The notes under the pieces are model-generated. The model was not told the origin of the DNA. It saw only the letters and a list, made by a program, of their open reading frames with translations, and did no database searches. From contig OZ024750.1 in NCBI GenBank assembly GCA_964016885.1, positions 48,670,001-48,734,000 on the forward strand: a DNA stretch of 64,000 nucleotides, read 5' to 3'. This stretch comes from Eledone cirrhosa (lineage: Eukaryota). The position numbers and the translations under genes are program-made. Positions 43,877 to 58,212 of the stretch are shown one piece after another (the stretch's first letter is position 1; each line of letters starts with the position of its first letter).

Positions 43877-44906
43877 CTTTGAATAACTTTGAAATGTTTT
43901 GGCCAGTATTGGCCCAGGCCATGTCTAACTTAATAGCACCACCTGGCGAAGTCTTTCAATTCAGGATTTGGGCACCATGGCCCATTCGAGAAGAGAATTA
44001 CTGTTTGCGGAGACATATCCGGGTGTGGGTGGTTTGTCCGGGATTACTTGGAGGAATTTGTCCAAAGACTTCTTGAATTTTGTGTGGTCAGTTTCTGTTT
44101 TGACGTGTCCTGGTGTGATGTTGAAGAGAGCAGGGCCGATTGAGGTGAAATAATTGTGCCGTATTGTTGTTATGAGTTGCGATTTAGATTTTTGAATGGG
44201 ACGGATACCACGGGGCCCAAGCCTTGGGTGTATCTTGAAGGCGATGCCAACATCATTTGGGCAGTGATGATGGAACATTTTCCACATCATGCAGATAATA
44301 TAACGCTCACGGCGACGTTGGAGTGAGTAAAATTTCAGGTTTTCTAGTCGACCCCAGTAGTCAAGGTCTGACATGCCATCTATCTTTGTCGTGATTGCCC
44401 TTTGAGGAGCTTCAAGTTTCATGATACTTTGTTTCGTGTGGGGAGACCACAGTGGACAACAGTATTCAAGGTGTGGTCGGGCAAAAGTAGAGAAGAGAAG
44501 GATAATGGTGTGGGAATCTCTCGACTGGAAGGTTCTGAGGATCCAGGAACACATTCTGCGGGCCATGTCAACTTTGCTGCTTATATGCGTGGCCCAGCTT
44601 ATGTTGCTGTCCACGGTTACTCCCAAGTCTCTGATGTTGTTAGATGCCACGAGAGTTTCCCCGGAGGGAAGGGAGTACGGGAGTTTCAGAGCATCCTCTT
44701 TTCCAAAGTGGATCAGTTCGAATTTGTCTTCGTTCAGTAACATGTTGTTCTTTTCCGCCCATTGGGTAACAGCCAGTAGGTCTGACTGAAGGCTTATCCG
44801 GTCATCCACGCCATTGATGACCTTTTGGAGCTTGGAATCATCAGCGAAAATTTTAATGTTGCTGTGTTTGATGATGTCAGTGATGTCATTAATATAGATG
44901 ATGAAG
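43874..44906 (-). mobile_element. 5'-truncated LINE (CR1/L2 group): RT C-terminus, 3'UTR and tandem tail
   Basis: Uninterrupted frame 44905-43961: FIIYINDI..IKIFADDSKL..LQSDL..WAEKNNMLLN..RDLGV..RPHLEYC..WSPH..LEAPQR..SLQRRRER. Tail (TTCAAAGTTA)2; (TA)n on both flanks. Confidence 0.92.
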
Positions 44907-45131
44907 ATATATATATATAATTGGAAATCAGTAAAATCGAATCTCTGGCGGTTTGCAAGTGAATTCGGCCTGCTTATATGAAATGATGAGTTTGCAAAGC
45001 ACTCGATAAGATAGGTCCTTAGAGTAATAACATACGTTTAAATAGGTTGACAAATCGAACATTGTGGTAGGCTAAACTAACACACAATATATATACCAGA
45101 GCTTCGATAGAACTAATCAGGTTGAGAAAAA

Positions 45132-45168
<37 letters not shown>

Positions 45169-45898
45169 TTACGTTAACTATTTTTCCCATCTTGACGCCA
45201 TAGTCGCATATATGTTATGGAATACTGTTACCTTCTCGCTACAACAATTTCTATACCTTTCATTTATATATTTATACTCGGATTTTTTTCCTAGAATGCT
45301 TAAATTATCTGTGACTAATCCCGGTTTTTTTAATAAAAACTGCGATAATATTGCTTTTTACTGAACTCCTTTTGTAGAGTCTTTTTCGGAATGTATTTGA
45401 CTGGTATTTCTTGTAAACAAACATTCATTTCATCCTGACCTCACTAGCCCCGTTTTTCCTCATGTGCGTTTTTCATAATCAAGCATGATGGTGAACTAGC
45501 CAGTTTTAAAATTCCCTTTTTGGCTTATAAATCTGTGAGAGTCCTGGTTATCTGATTGAGCTCTGCTGACGATTGAAATCCAACCGTGACCATCTCCACT
45601 GAAAGTTTTCATGAAATAGTCTTTAAGACTATACAGAGCATTTGATGTTTTTCCAAAGTGAAGGATAAGTATTTTAGACTTTATTTTATCATGAGTTAAG
45701 GGTCTATTGATTTTTCCCTGGATTTCACTAAATTCTGTGGATGAATTTATATCCTGATTCTCTTTTGAGATGAGTTTGAATTATTTTTCCTACACCTTAC
45801 ATTAACTATTTTTCCCATCTTGACGCCATAGTCGCATATATGTTATGGAATACTGTTAGGTTCTATACCTTTCATTTATATATATATATATATACGTA

Positions 45899-45965
<67 letters not shown>

Positions 45966-46019
45966 ATTTAAAACTTCACTATTCACAAGTGTTTTTTAAA
46001 CTTCATATCATGTATCCCT

Positions 46020-46088
46020 ATTTTATCTGATGAAAAGGCAGATATCATCTCATGATGATATTTGTTTTTGAAATGCGCATAATAAAAT
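46020..46088 (+). ncRNA. Hammerhead ribozyme (UGCGCA loop); duplicate at 48155-48223
   Basis: ATTTTAT-CTGATGA-AAAGGCAGATATCATC TCAT GATGATATTTGTTTTT-GAAA-TGCGCA-TA|ATAAAAT. The homologue at about 39349-39419 has CTGATGC. Confidence 0.88.
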
Positions 46089-46119
46089 GCTTAGACCTGT
46101 TTTAACGATCTGTTGTTCT

Positions 46120-46196
<77 letters not shown>

Positions 46197-46317
46197 ATAT
46201 TTTGTTTATCTAATAATTCTGTAGACATGATTTATAATAATATATATATATAAATGAAGTAATTCTGTCGGAAAGGTCCAGGAAAAAAGCGAGCTCTATG
46301 CAAGTTACGGAGCTTAT

Positions 46318-46565
46318 TAGTTATATAATAAACAACATAAGATAATAATTTAATTTACCAGTGGTTACTTGAAATCAACCAAAATTGCGTTCATTCATCA
46401 GAATGAAAAAAAATCCTGTTGTCTTTATTGACAGTGGATTTGAAAAACCACTGTCAATAAAGACATCGGTATCTGTTCATTCTGATGAATGAAAGCAATT
46501 TTGGTTGCTTTCAAGAAACCACTGGTATATAAAATAATTATCTTATGTTGTTTATTACATAACTA
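46318..46565. repeat. Fold-back element with HHR-like motif in each arm (core 46482-46527); duplicate at +2135
   Basis: CTGATGA-A TGAAAGCAA TTTTGG TTGCTTTCA A-GAAA-CCACTGG-TA. The left arm has GTAA instead of GAAA. Centre at about 46442. Confidence 0.75.
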
Positions 46566-47037
46566 TATATATATATATATATTTATATGTATATATATAT
46601 GAAAACTTGAAGTTTTGGCATAGGCCAAGTAAAGGAGATACAATTAGTTTTTTGCAGCAAAGCACTAAATAAGGGTGTATCTCCTTAGAGTAATTAATAT
46701 ACGTTAGATAGCGTGACAAATTGCAAACTGCAGCAAGCGGGCTTAGCCACATAACACCAAAGCAACGTAAATATATTCAGATATGTATATATATATGTAT
46801 ATATATATATAAAAACATTTAATTGTCTATGATTGGATGCACATATTTGGAAGTACAGCCATTTAAGAATAACAAACTTTACGTGAGTTTGGTTTCATTT
46901 TGACACCTATATGTATATGTTTTAAATTTGTATATAAATGTACATAACATGTGCTATATAGGTATAACATTTTAGTTAGTCATCAATTGATGTATCCTGG
47001 TATAGAGTTTGCAGATATATTATATCATGTTATCATG

Positions 47038-47080
<43 letters not shown>

Positions 47081-47089
<9 letters not shown>

Positions 47090-47367
47090 CAAAATGAAGA
47101 CTTTCAAATAATCAAAAATATGTGTTTTACTATATATATTTCTAATGTAATGTGGTGTTTTTTCAGTACGTCCTCGTCAGATAAAATACATGAATGCCAA
47201 TACTGGAATTGAACCATCAAGGCCGTTGAGGTATGTCATACAACAATTCATGTATTTTCTCTGACGATGACGTACTGAAAAAACAGCACAGTAACTTCGA
47301 AATATATATAATAAAACACATATTTTGATTATGTGAATGTCTTTATTTATTAATATTTTGAATAATA
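47081..47367. repeat. Fold-back element with divergent HHRs (47121-47190 minus, 47251-47320 plus); duplicate at +2135
   Basis: Both arms read CTGACGA..GAAA-TATATA-TA, with TGTATTTT/AAAACACA stem I. Confidence 0.8.
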
Positions 47368-47459
47368 TTAATAACTCCAGAAAACGTTGCTGTAAAGTGC
47401 TTTTAATCTATTTTAAAACTATATTCATTGAGTAATAAAAAACCATATTAATGTTTGGT

Positions 47460-47578
<119 letters not shown>

Positions 47579-47591
47579 TATGTATATAGAT

Positions 47592-47931
47592 ATATTACTT
47601 CAAAATAGAAATAAATATAGACATTCATGTGATCAAATATATTTTATAATACATATTTCAGAGGTACTGATCTATTTCATCAGTACGTACTCATCAGATA
47701 AAATAAATTGATGTCTGACATACCTCATCTGTGCCGATGTTTCAATTCCAGTCTTGGCAGGAATTCCATGACTGGATTTTAACCGTCAGCACAGTTGATG
47801 TATGTCAGACATCAATTTATTATATCTGATGAGGACGTACTGATGAAATAGATCAGTACCTCTGAAATATGTATTATGAAATATATTTGATCACATGAAT
47901 GTCTATATTTATTTATATTTTGAAGTAATAT
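47592..47931. repeat. Fold-back element with divergent HHRs (47641-47704 minus, 47819-47883 plus); duplicate at +2135
   Basis: ATTTTAT-CTGATGA-G(T/G)ACGTACTGAT GAAATAG ATCAGTACCTCT-GAAA-TATGTA-TT|ATAAAAT. Confidence 0.85.
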
Positions 47932-48038
47932 TAATAACTCCAGAAAACTTCTTTGTCGAGTGCTTCTAATCTATTGTAAAACTTTATTCATTGATTAATC
48001 AATGAACCTTGTTAAACGTTTGATTATATATATATACA

Positions 48039-48100
<62 letters not shown>

Positions 48101-48254
48101 ATTTAAAACTTCACTATTCACAAGTGTTTTTTAAACTTCATATCATGTATCCCTATTTTATCTGATGAAAAGGCAGATATCATCTCATGATGATATTTGT
48201 TTTTGAAATGCGCATAATAAAATGCTTAGACCTGTTTTAACGATCTGTTGTTCT

Positions 48255-48331
<77 letters not shown>

Positions 48332-49172
48332 ATATTTTGTTTATCTAATAATTCTGTAGACATGATTTATAATAATATATATATATAAATGAAGTAATTC
48401 TGTCGGAAAGGTCCAGGAAAAAAGCGAGCTCTATGCAAGTTACGGAGCTTATTAGTTATATAATAAACAACATAAGATAATAATTTAATTTACCAGTGGT
48501 TACTTGAAATCAACCAAAATTGCGTTCATTCATCAGAATGAAAAAAAATCCTGTTGTCTTTATTGACAGTGGATTTGAAAAACCACTGTCAATAAAGACA
48601 TCGGTATCTGTTCATTCTGATGAATGAAAGCAATTTTGGTTGCTTTCAAGAAACCACTGGTATATAAAATAATTATCTTATGTTGTTTATTACATAACTA
48701 TATATATATATATATATTTATATGTATATATATATGAAAACTTGAAGTTTTGGCATAGGCCAAGTAAAGGAGATACAATTAGTTTTTTGCAGCAAAGCAC
48801 TAAATAAGGGTGTATCTCCTTAGAGTAATTAATATACGTTAGATAGCGTGACAAATTGCAAACTGCAGCAAGCGGGCTTAGCCACATAACACCAAAGCAA
48901 CGTAAATATATTCAGATATGTATATATATATGTATATATATATATAAAAACATTTAATTGTCTATGATTGGATGCACATATTTGGAAGTACAGCCATTTA
49001 AGAATAACAAACTTTACGTGAGTTTGGTTTCATTTTGACACCTATATGTATATGTTTTAAATTTGTATATAAATGTACATAACATGTGCTATATAGGTAT
49101 AACATTTTAGTTAGTCATCAATTGATGTATCCTGGTATAGAGTTTGCAGATATATTATATCATGTTATCATG

Positions 49173-49224
<52 letters not shown>

Positions 49225-49594
49225 CAAAATGAAGACTTTCAAATAATCAAAAATATGTGTTTTACTATATATATTTCTAATGTAATGTGGTGTTTTTTCA
49301 GTACGTCCTCGTCAGATAAAATACATGAATGCCAATACTGGAATTGAACCATCAAGGCCGTTGAGGTATGTCATACAACAATTCATGTATTTTCTCTGAC
49401 GATGACGTACTGAAAAAACAGCACAGTAACTTCGAAATATATATAATAAAACACATATTTTGATTATGTGAATGTCTTTATTTATTAATATTTTGAATAA
49501 TATTAATAACTCCAGAAAACGTTGCTGTAAAGTGCTTTTAATCTATTTTAAAACTATATTCATTGAGTAATAAAAAACCATATTAATGTTTGGT

Positions 49595-49713
<119 letters not shown>

Positions 49714-50173
49714 TATGTATATAGATATATTACTTCAAAATAGAAATAAATATAGACATTCATGTGATCAAATATATTTTATAATACATATTTCAGAGGT
49801 ACTGATCTATTTCATCAGTACGTACTCATCAGATAAAATAAATTGATGTCTGACATACCTCATCTGTGCCGATGTTTCAATTCCAGTCTTGGCAGGAATT
49901 CCATGACTGGATTTTAACCGTCAGCACAGTTGATGTATGTCAGACATCAATTTATTATATCTGATGAGGACGTACTGATGAAATAGATCAGTACCTCTGA
50001 AATATGTATTATGAAATATATTTGATCACATGAATGTCTATATTTATTTATATTTTGAAGTAATATTAATAACTCCAGAAAACTTCTTTGTCGAGTGCTT
50101 CTAATCTATTGTAAAACTTTATTCATTGATTAATCAATGAACCTTGTTAAACGTTTGATTATATATATATACA

Positions 50174-50230
<57 letters not shown>

Positions 50231-50234
<4 letters not shown>

Positions 50235-50547
50235 AGTATGCATGTTTACGTACATACATTTTTGTATACAGATGTACAGTAGCATGCATATATATATATA
50301 TATATACATATATACATACATATGCATACAGGTACACATACATACATGCACGTATCAGTTTAGCGGCGCTTATTATAACGTCGCTTTGTTCGTTTGTAAA
50401 CAAACTGAACAGCCTGAATTTATGCCATACGGTGTTAAGGCAACCACGTCACCTTTTTGTTCACAAACGAACAAAGCGACGTGATAATAAGCGCCGCTAA
50501 ACTGATACGTGCATGTATGTATGTGTACCTGTATGCATATGTATGTA

Positions 50548-50585
<38 letters not shown>

Positions 50586-51173
50586 TGCTACTGTACGTCT
50601 GTATACATATATGTATGTACGTATACATGCATACTTACATTTAAGTAAGTGCCAAACTAAGAGTGAGAAATGAAATTTCGTTTTCATTTTGTTTCAATTT
50701 ATCGTTTTCGGTATGCCTGACCGATTTAACTCACTCAATATGCAAATTAGGCTGCTCAGCCGTTAATTTTCATAAGAAAAGTATATACTTTCGAACGTTC
50801 AACTATCTGGCAGATGGGTAAACGGTGCTGATGATAGCTAACAAGCTTGAAACTAGTACATCGTTCCTGTGTCAGTGTTGAACAAAAAGGTGACGTGGTT
50901 GCCTTAACACCGTATGGCATAAATTCAGGCTGTTCAGTTTGTTTACAAACGAACAAAGCGACGTTATAATAAGCGCCGCTAAACTGATACGTGCATGTAT
51001 GTATGTGTACCTGTATGCATATGTATGTATATATGTATATATATATATATATATATGCATGCTACTGTACGTCTGTATACATATATGTATGTACGTATAC
51101 ATGCATACTTACATTTAAGTAAGTGCCATACTAAGAGTGAGAAATGAAATTTCGTTTTCATTTTGTTTCAATT
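50231..51173. mobile_element. Inverted plus partial-tandem pLTR-like element (unit about 480 bp)
   Basis: 50231-50460 is inverted relative to about 50880-51118; 50464-50700 repeats directly at 50946-51173. Contains an octamer (50740) and an HHR (50821). Confidence 0.85.
50821..50865 (+). ncRNA. Minimal type I hammerhead ribozyme (CUAG loop)
   Basis: AACGGTG-CTGATGA-TAGCT AACA AGCTT-GAAA-CTAG-TA|CATCGTT. Confidence 0.9.
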
Positions 51174-51208
<35 letters not shown>

Positions 51209-51282
51209 TTGTGCATGTGTGTGTGTTTGTGTGTTTAGTATGTGTCTATGTATGCATACAATTATCTATCTATCTATCTATT

Positions 51283-51335
<53 letters not shown>

Positions 51336-51387
51336 TTGTGCATGTGTGTGTGTTTGTGTGTTTGGTATGTGTCTATGTATGCATACA

Positions 51388-51424
<37 letters not shown>

Positions 51425-51425
51425 T

Positions 51426-51477
<52 letters not shown>

Positions 51478-51841
51478 AGACAATAGTACCATCAATTATT
51501 TATCTCTGCTTCTGTTTAAATTAATGATGTTTCCATCCGCCCTTCAAATCTACAATCTACAGTATCAGAGTCACGGAAGTTTGTTGCGAAAAAACAACTC
51601 TATCTAGCCTGTAACAGCTAACCTCCTCCACTAGTTCTAACTTGTGCCTGTAAAGGTATTGATGTTCTAGGTTAAGATTATCAGATTTTGGTCTCTTCCG
51701 AACCTTCGCTGGGTCTATGGATACGCCAGATTTGTGAGTCCATGCTTCGCTAACCAAGACAAGTCGCAGGTCCATCGCCAGTTTTTCGTGGCATAAAATC
51801 TATACTGCAACATATTTCTCTAACAGGCCCCTCAAACTAAG

Positions 51842-52457
51842 GGGACTACGCCAAGCCTGCGTACTGTCCCTTCTTCTGTTTATTATTTTCATGAACAGGA
51901 TTGAAATGCGCATTCGGGTTGGAAGTGGTATCACAAATGGCAAGTGTAAAATCAGACGACATTGAGGTACTTAACTCAACAGAAGATGATAACAGGTTTC
52001 ATGCCAAGTACTGCATGGCTGGAATGAAAATCAGTGCTACCAAAACTGAGACGCTTGTGTTTTCAATGAAGCGTAGATGTGAATGGAGTTCCACTGAAGC
52101 AGTTGGAAAAGTTCAAGAATCTTGGGGCCGTGTTCACTTGTGTTCCAAGGCAGGCAATTGAATTATGTGTTAATTGCAGGACCTAGTGCAGTAATGGGCA
52201 AACTGAGTATTCGGTAATCAGAAGGTTTAAATGCCATGAATATCTTCAATTCGATATTCGTGCTAACCATTAATTATTAACATGAACATTAGTAATAATC
52301 GAAAGAATACAATCAGGAGAAGAAAACGGCCGAAATGGCATCCTTTCAAAAGGTCCTTCGAGTAACGTTACTCGGTAGAGTACGTAGCTCGGATATTAGA
52401 AAATCACTCCAGGTAGAGCTGCTACGTCTCCGATTTGAGTGATTTCAGCTCAGTGGG
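51842..52457 (+). mobile_element. Decayed RTE-clade LINE RT fragment
   Basis: GLRQACVLSLLLFIIFMNRI, AGMKISATKTETLVFS, LKQLEKFKNLG, AEMA..RVTLLGRVRSSDIRKSLQVE, read across frameshifts. Confidence 0.8.
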
Positions 52458-52539
52458 CTTTCATACAGCTTCCGCCAACCCAATATTACTCCCAAAACTA
52501 GTGCCGGCAGCTTAATCATTGCAACCTTGTTCTCCTCAC

Positions 52540-52650
52540 TTAAACGCAACGGGTAATGAAGTGTCTTGCCCAGGAAAGCAAAGCACTTCCCGGTCCCGAA
52601 ATCAAACACACAATCTTATGCCCATGAAATCACCAGGCTAACCATTAGTA
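52540..52650 (-). mobile_element. SINE head fragment (CORE-type by recall)
   Basis: GAAGTGTCTTGCCCAGGAAAGCAAAGCACTTCCCGGTCCCGAAATCAAAC..CTAACCATTAG. Confidence 0.5.
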
Positions 52651-53742
52651 ATGATGATTACCTTACAAATATGAAACATACATAATGTTGCGCATACTCT
52701 TGTTATAACAGTGTAATGAGCAATACGGTGTTGTTTTCATAACACCAGAGAAACAAAGAAACGGTTTTTAAAATAACTCATGTTCAAGAGAAATTGTCAG
52801 GTTATATAAATATTCACTTATGTGTGTTTATTGTAGTTTGTAATCCATCGCAAATAACTATTAAATATATAGAACGCCATTAATTACATCACTATATGAT
52901 CAACGTTGCTAATTATAGTGTACATAGCTCTTTCAGTTTGACGACAAGTTGTCGCTAAGCGGATATTTGTATTGATAGAGATCTGAATAGCAACAGATAA
53001 CGAGACAAATCAAAAAGTAAAAATAAGAGCGTGTTATATATAATATAGTGATACGATTATTCATACAAGTTTATACATCATTTTATAATCATGTAGAGAT
53101 TATATTTCAAACACAACCAAAAAAAAGAAAAAAAACAATCTTAGTATTTTCATTTACATTATATCTCTATGACTACCTATTCCGTTAATGGCTTAATATC
53201 ATTATATCATCTACGAATGGTTGATGTAGTAATTAGTAGATGGTGGATAAAATTGTTAAGTGATCTGGTTCGGCGCGGCTAGTTACGTTCCTGTATGTCT
53301 TTGGTAGAGTTCTGAATAGCAATGACAAAGAATGAAAAACGAATTATACACAGAATAATGATTTTCTAAATATAGAAACTAACAAATGAATATAATAATC
53401 TAGGAATAGTGAGGGATTCATAATATATCTACGGTTCTCTGCTCAGTTGATAGCTTAAGGTTATCTGCTGTAAATGATAGTTGGATATATTTAGTAGAGT
53501 ACCGAATACAATGCCTAAGTGGTGTAGTTATATCTAGTGATTTACGTCCCAACATGCCTCGGTCTCACTGGATGCACAACTCTATATAACAGGTAAATAT
53601 GACAAAAAGAGCCAATTAATTATTTTATTATAATCGACAAGGATCTTTCCGGAGGTTTTACTTCCAACATATGAATCAAAATCATTGTATTCCTATCATC
53701 ATGACAACTTTCACACACCCACATGTATAGATACACAGCATG

Positions 53743-53966
<224 letters not shown>

Positions 53967-54165
53967 TGTAGATAAATCTACCAAGAGTTTACGGTAGTGT
54001 CCAATCCGTATGAAGAACTCAATGTAATCCGGATATCATGGAAAGAAGAGATGCAATGAAACATCACTTTTGGTGAAAGATAAACGGAATACAGAGTCAA
54101 GATAAAATATTAAAAAAATAATGAATAAAACAATGAAACAGTTCCTTATATTAAACAAAAAAAGT

Positions 54166-54317
54166 TCATTATTTAACGATCGTTTCTGGGATATATATGT
54201 GTTAGAATTGGCATGTATATTTAACAGATCTATGTACAAAATTATACAAAATTATTCAAACTATCAAAATTAAATATACATACCAACTCATATATATGCC
54301 GTCTTCAGAAATAATGA
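54166..54317 (-). ncRNA. Hammerhead ribozyme with ~115-nt stem II (CGAUCG loop III)
   Basis: Minus strand: TCATTATTT-CTGAAGA-CGGCATATATATG AGTTGGTATGTATATTTAA..TTAAATATACATGCCAATT..CATATATATCCCA-GAAA-CGATCG-TT|AAATAATGA. Lies in a repeat (about 53968-54390) shared with 61718-62120. Confidence 0.85.
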
Positions 54318-54910
54318 AATATATTTATTGATAATAACAACAATTCAAAATTACAGGTCTGTTTGGGAACAGAGTTCAAATTGACCAATGGAAACACAAA
54401 AAGTTTATACAGTTAGGTGTGTGTATATATGTAAGTAACTTCGTTCACAGATATGCATAAAAATATATGTTCACATGCATACATATGCCGAAAAGATGTA
54501 TGTAAATACAAAAATTCTGGGCTAATGTCTCTGTATGTCTATAATCTACAGATAAAATACATATACGCATATAAACATATAAATATAAAAATAAATATAT
54601 ACACATTCATATACTCACACATATACATACATTCACACACACACGCGCATATACGCATAAACATACACACAACCACGAACATACATACACACACACACTC
54701 CCACACACATATATGTGTATATACTATTATCATAAGCATATGGACATTAATGCGCGCACATAAACACTGCCACACATATTTAGATCCAGATACAGAAAGT
54801 ATGTGGGGGGGGGGAGAGGTCAGTATTTACTGGTGTCAGCAAACTGCCTATTTATAAATGTATCTATAAATTTAGAAATAAAAATAAAAAGAAAAAAGAA
54901 AAATATTAAG

Positions 54911-54957
<47 letters not shown>

Positions 54958-54983
54958 AAGTAAAATATAAAATATACATCGAT

Positions 54984-55040
<57 letters not shown>

Positions 55041-55241
55041 CATATACATACACATATACATAAACACATACATACACATACATATACATACACACACCAT
55101 ATATATACACATACACATACACACACGCGCATACATATAGAGACACATACATATACACATATAAATACATAGACATATACATATATACACACATATATAT
55201 ATACATATATATACACACATACATATATACATACATTCACA

Positions 55242-55291
<50 letters not shown>

Positions 55292-55334
55292 ATAAATACA
55301 CTCATGTATATACACATATACACATACATACCCA

Positions 55335-55376
<42 letters not shown>

Positions 55377-55544
55377 CATATACATATATATATATATATA
55401 CATATATATATTTTAATCTATTGTAAAACTATATTCATTGAGTAATCAATGAACCATATTAATATTTGGTTTTATATATATATACATATACATATATTTC
55501 CTGTCAGCATGACTTGGCAAGCTATTTAGAACACTTAGCACACT

Positions 55545-55582
55545 TCCCTCCGAAGAAGAGATATTATCTCGAAAATTAAAGA
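55545..55582 (+). ncRNA. Hammerhead-like motif, CCGAAGA core, poor stem I
   Basis: CCGAAGA-AGAGAT ATT ATCTC-GAAA-AT-TA. Confidence 0.4.
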
Positions 55583-55695
55583 CATTTAAATAAATGTAAG
55601 GTAAAAGACTAATTGTCAACAATATCTTTTGCATTTGCATTCTTTATTCTATGTCCATACCTGCATTGTTTTGGCTTTATTATACATATACACAC

Positions 55696-55755
<60 letters not shown>

Positions 55756-56220
55756 GAATATGTACATATATGGATACTCATAATGTTTCTTTGAGATACC
55801 CTATGATAGATTTATATTTTAAGTTCAACACCTGATACTAGATTCAGTGTATGTGTGTAAAGAATGTTAGCTTTTATGGAGTGGAAGATACGTGCGATAT
55901 ATTTATTTGAGAAGTATCTGAATTATAAACAAAGGCTATATTATTTTCACATTGCAAAAGGAAAAGAAAACTGTATTTGATATTTATTTAGGCGACATTT
56001 GTGATAGCTCTAAAACATATAATTGTAGATCGTTGAACGCATCATAGAAACGAATGTTGAGCTGTTGTCGTTCAACACTCTTAACGAAATATGAACGAGT
56101 AGTAATAAAATACAGTCACTGTATAAAATCAATGAGTGCATATGGAGGTAAGGGTTCCCTCTCATGGTATAGCAAGGTGTACATTCATATGTAAATCATT
56201 TAGATAACAAGATTATTATC

Positions 56221-56373
56221 GGGTGGATTGGCAGTATCGGCTGGATTGGCAGCATAGTTACGTCCCTTTACGGTCTGAGTTTACTTTGCTTTTCATCCAT
56301 ACGGGGTCGATAAAATAAAGTACCAGTAATACACTGGGTAATTGCTTGCCTTGTGCTTAAATTAGAAACAATA
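56221..56373 (+). mobile_element. SINE family A (internally deleted)
   Basis: GGTGGATTGGCAGTATCGG head, core and tail. Confidence 0.8.
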
Positions 56374-56881
56374 ATTATCGTTCTTCATCTTTCTTTTATG
56401 TGTTTCTTTCCATATGGGTTGTTTGGTCGACTCATTACAGATGAAATCAATGCTTTATTCGATATTTGCTTATCTAATATGTGTTGGGCGACATTTCGTT
56501 TAAATACATTCTGTATTGGCAGTATCCCGAGACCGAGTACTCTTCAAATATATATAACTCAGTCCTTAATGTAATAGTTACCCAGGAAGAGCTTATTTCC
56601 TTATTTACATTAAGGGTTGAGTGATAGAACATTTAAAAGAGGAAACACTTTTCATTGCGTTTACAGGGATCAAATTCATCATAGCATCGCTGAAAAGCAA
56701 AGTAAAATGAGGGGAGTTAAATGTAGGTCTGGGTGAGCCAAAATTAAAAGTGGAAGAATCATAGCGGAATGGTTAAGAAGTTCGATTCGTAACACTGAGG
56801 CCCCGGGTTCGACAAAACTTCACATCTGGTTGACACAATATATTGTGACTTACATAGATTGCATACAATGCAGTTTATATA

Positions 56882-56953
56882 TAATTGTTTCTACTTCAGG
56901 CACAAGGCCAGCAATTACCCAGTGCATTACTGGTACTTTATTTTATCGACCCC
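56882..56953 (-). mobile_element. SINE family A, 3' fragment
   Basis: TAATTGTTTCTACTTCAGGCACAAGGCCAGC..TTTTATCGACCC. Confidence 0.8.
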
Positions 56954-57124
56954 AATGTATATTTATATGTCTGTTCAGCCAAGTATGGACATATGCCTCA
57001 AATAATTAATATTATCTATACCTCATCATGCCGCCATTTTCTGACGCGCAATACCAGGCCGTTCTAGTTAGATCTTTTATTTTCCAGTGAAATATAAATC
57101 AGTGAGTGAGAGTGGGTGCGTGTA

Positions 57125-57227
<103 letters not shown>

Positions 57228-57357
57228 GATGGTGATAGGGGGAGAGAAAAATGGTTATATATAATAATACAATTAAAATGATATTTCTCGCCCTAGCACA
57301 GCTGATACATAAATGTAAGTATGCGCACGTACACACACACACACACACACACAGACA

Positions 57358-57410
<53 letters not shown>

Positions 57411-58078
57411 ACGCACACACACACACACACACACACACGTACACACTAACACGCCTAGATATATATATATATATTTCTGTATTTTTCACCGTTGGTCAAG
57501 CAATGATAAACGCTGATTGCCAAACAAATTAACTATGGAGATATAAAATATACAGAAGCGAAAGCCAACCAAACAGTGAGTGTGTTCTGTTATTATTTCT
57601 GGCAATATTATCACAACAATATGACACGCTCCAAGTATAACTATATAACTGAATACAGACATATACATATATGTGTTCAAATCGTAAGGGATCAGATTTA
57701 AATATACTTAGAAATGACCAGGATACTAATAATTCTCCACCCGCTGATGAATTAAATTTGCGAACCAGCATTATCAACGCTCTCCGGGTGATTGGTAGTT
57801 TCCTCAATTCCGGTTTGTATTTACTTTCTTGATTTATTCTTAAATTGAGTCTGGCAAACCCTATTGTCTATGGTTAGTATTATTTTCACCTTAGCGAATC
57901 TGGTCCCTTACGATTTGAACACATACATGTATATGTCTGTGTTCGTTTTTCTTTTATATTCAGTTAAAATATACGGGTCGGAAAAATCTATCTCCTAGAG
58001 CTATTTTATTGTAAGAGACTATTTTGAGTTTATAACTCAATATATACCCTTCATATATATATATATATATATATACAT

Positions 58079-58124
<46 letters not shown>

Positions 58125-58212
58125 GTGTCAATAATGGTAGCTAGGGTGCTTCCATGGGCGGTATGCCAAAATTAGCACTCAATATTCATACAGAGCAGAG
58201 TATGGAGAGTAT

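Noticed and set aside
43879-44789. Plus-strand ORFs of 61-122 aa
   Set aside because: Antisense shadows of the LINE RT frame.
51557-51775. 72-aa ORF (KLELVEEVSCY)
   Set aside because: At best a very decayed LINE RT remnant; too weak to annotate.
57671-57926. 28-bp terminal inverted pair enclosing CTGATGA (57745)
   Set aside because: The inverted repeat is real, but no correctly placed GAAA/UH or stem I was found, so it is not called a ribozyme.
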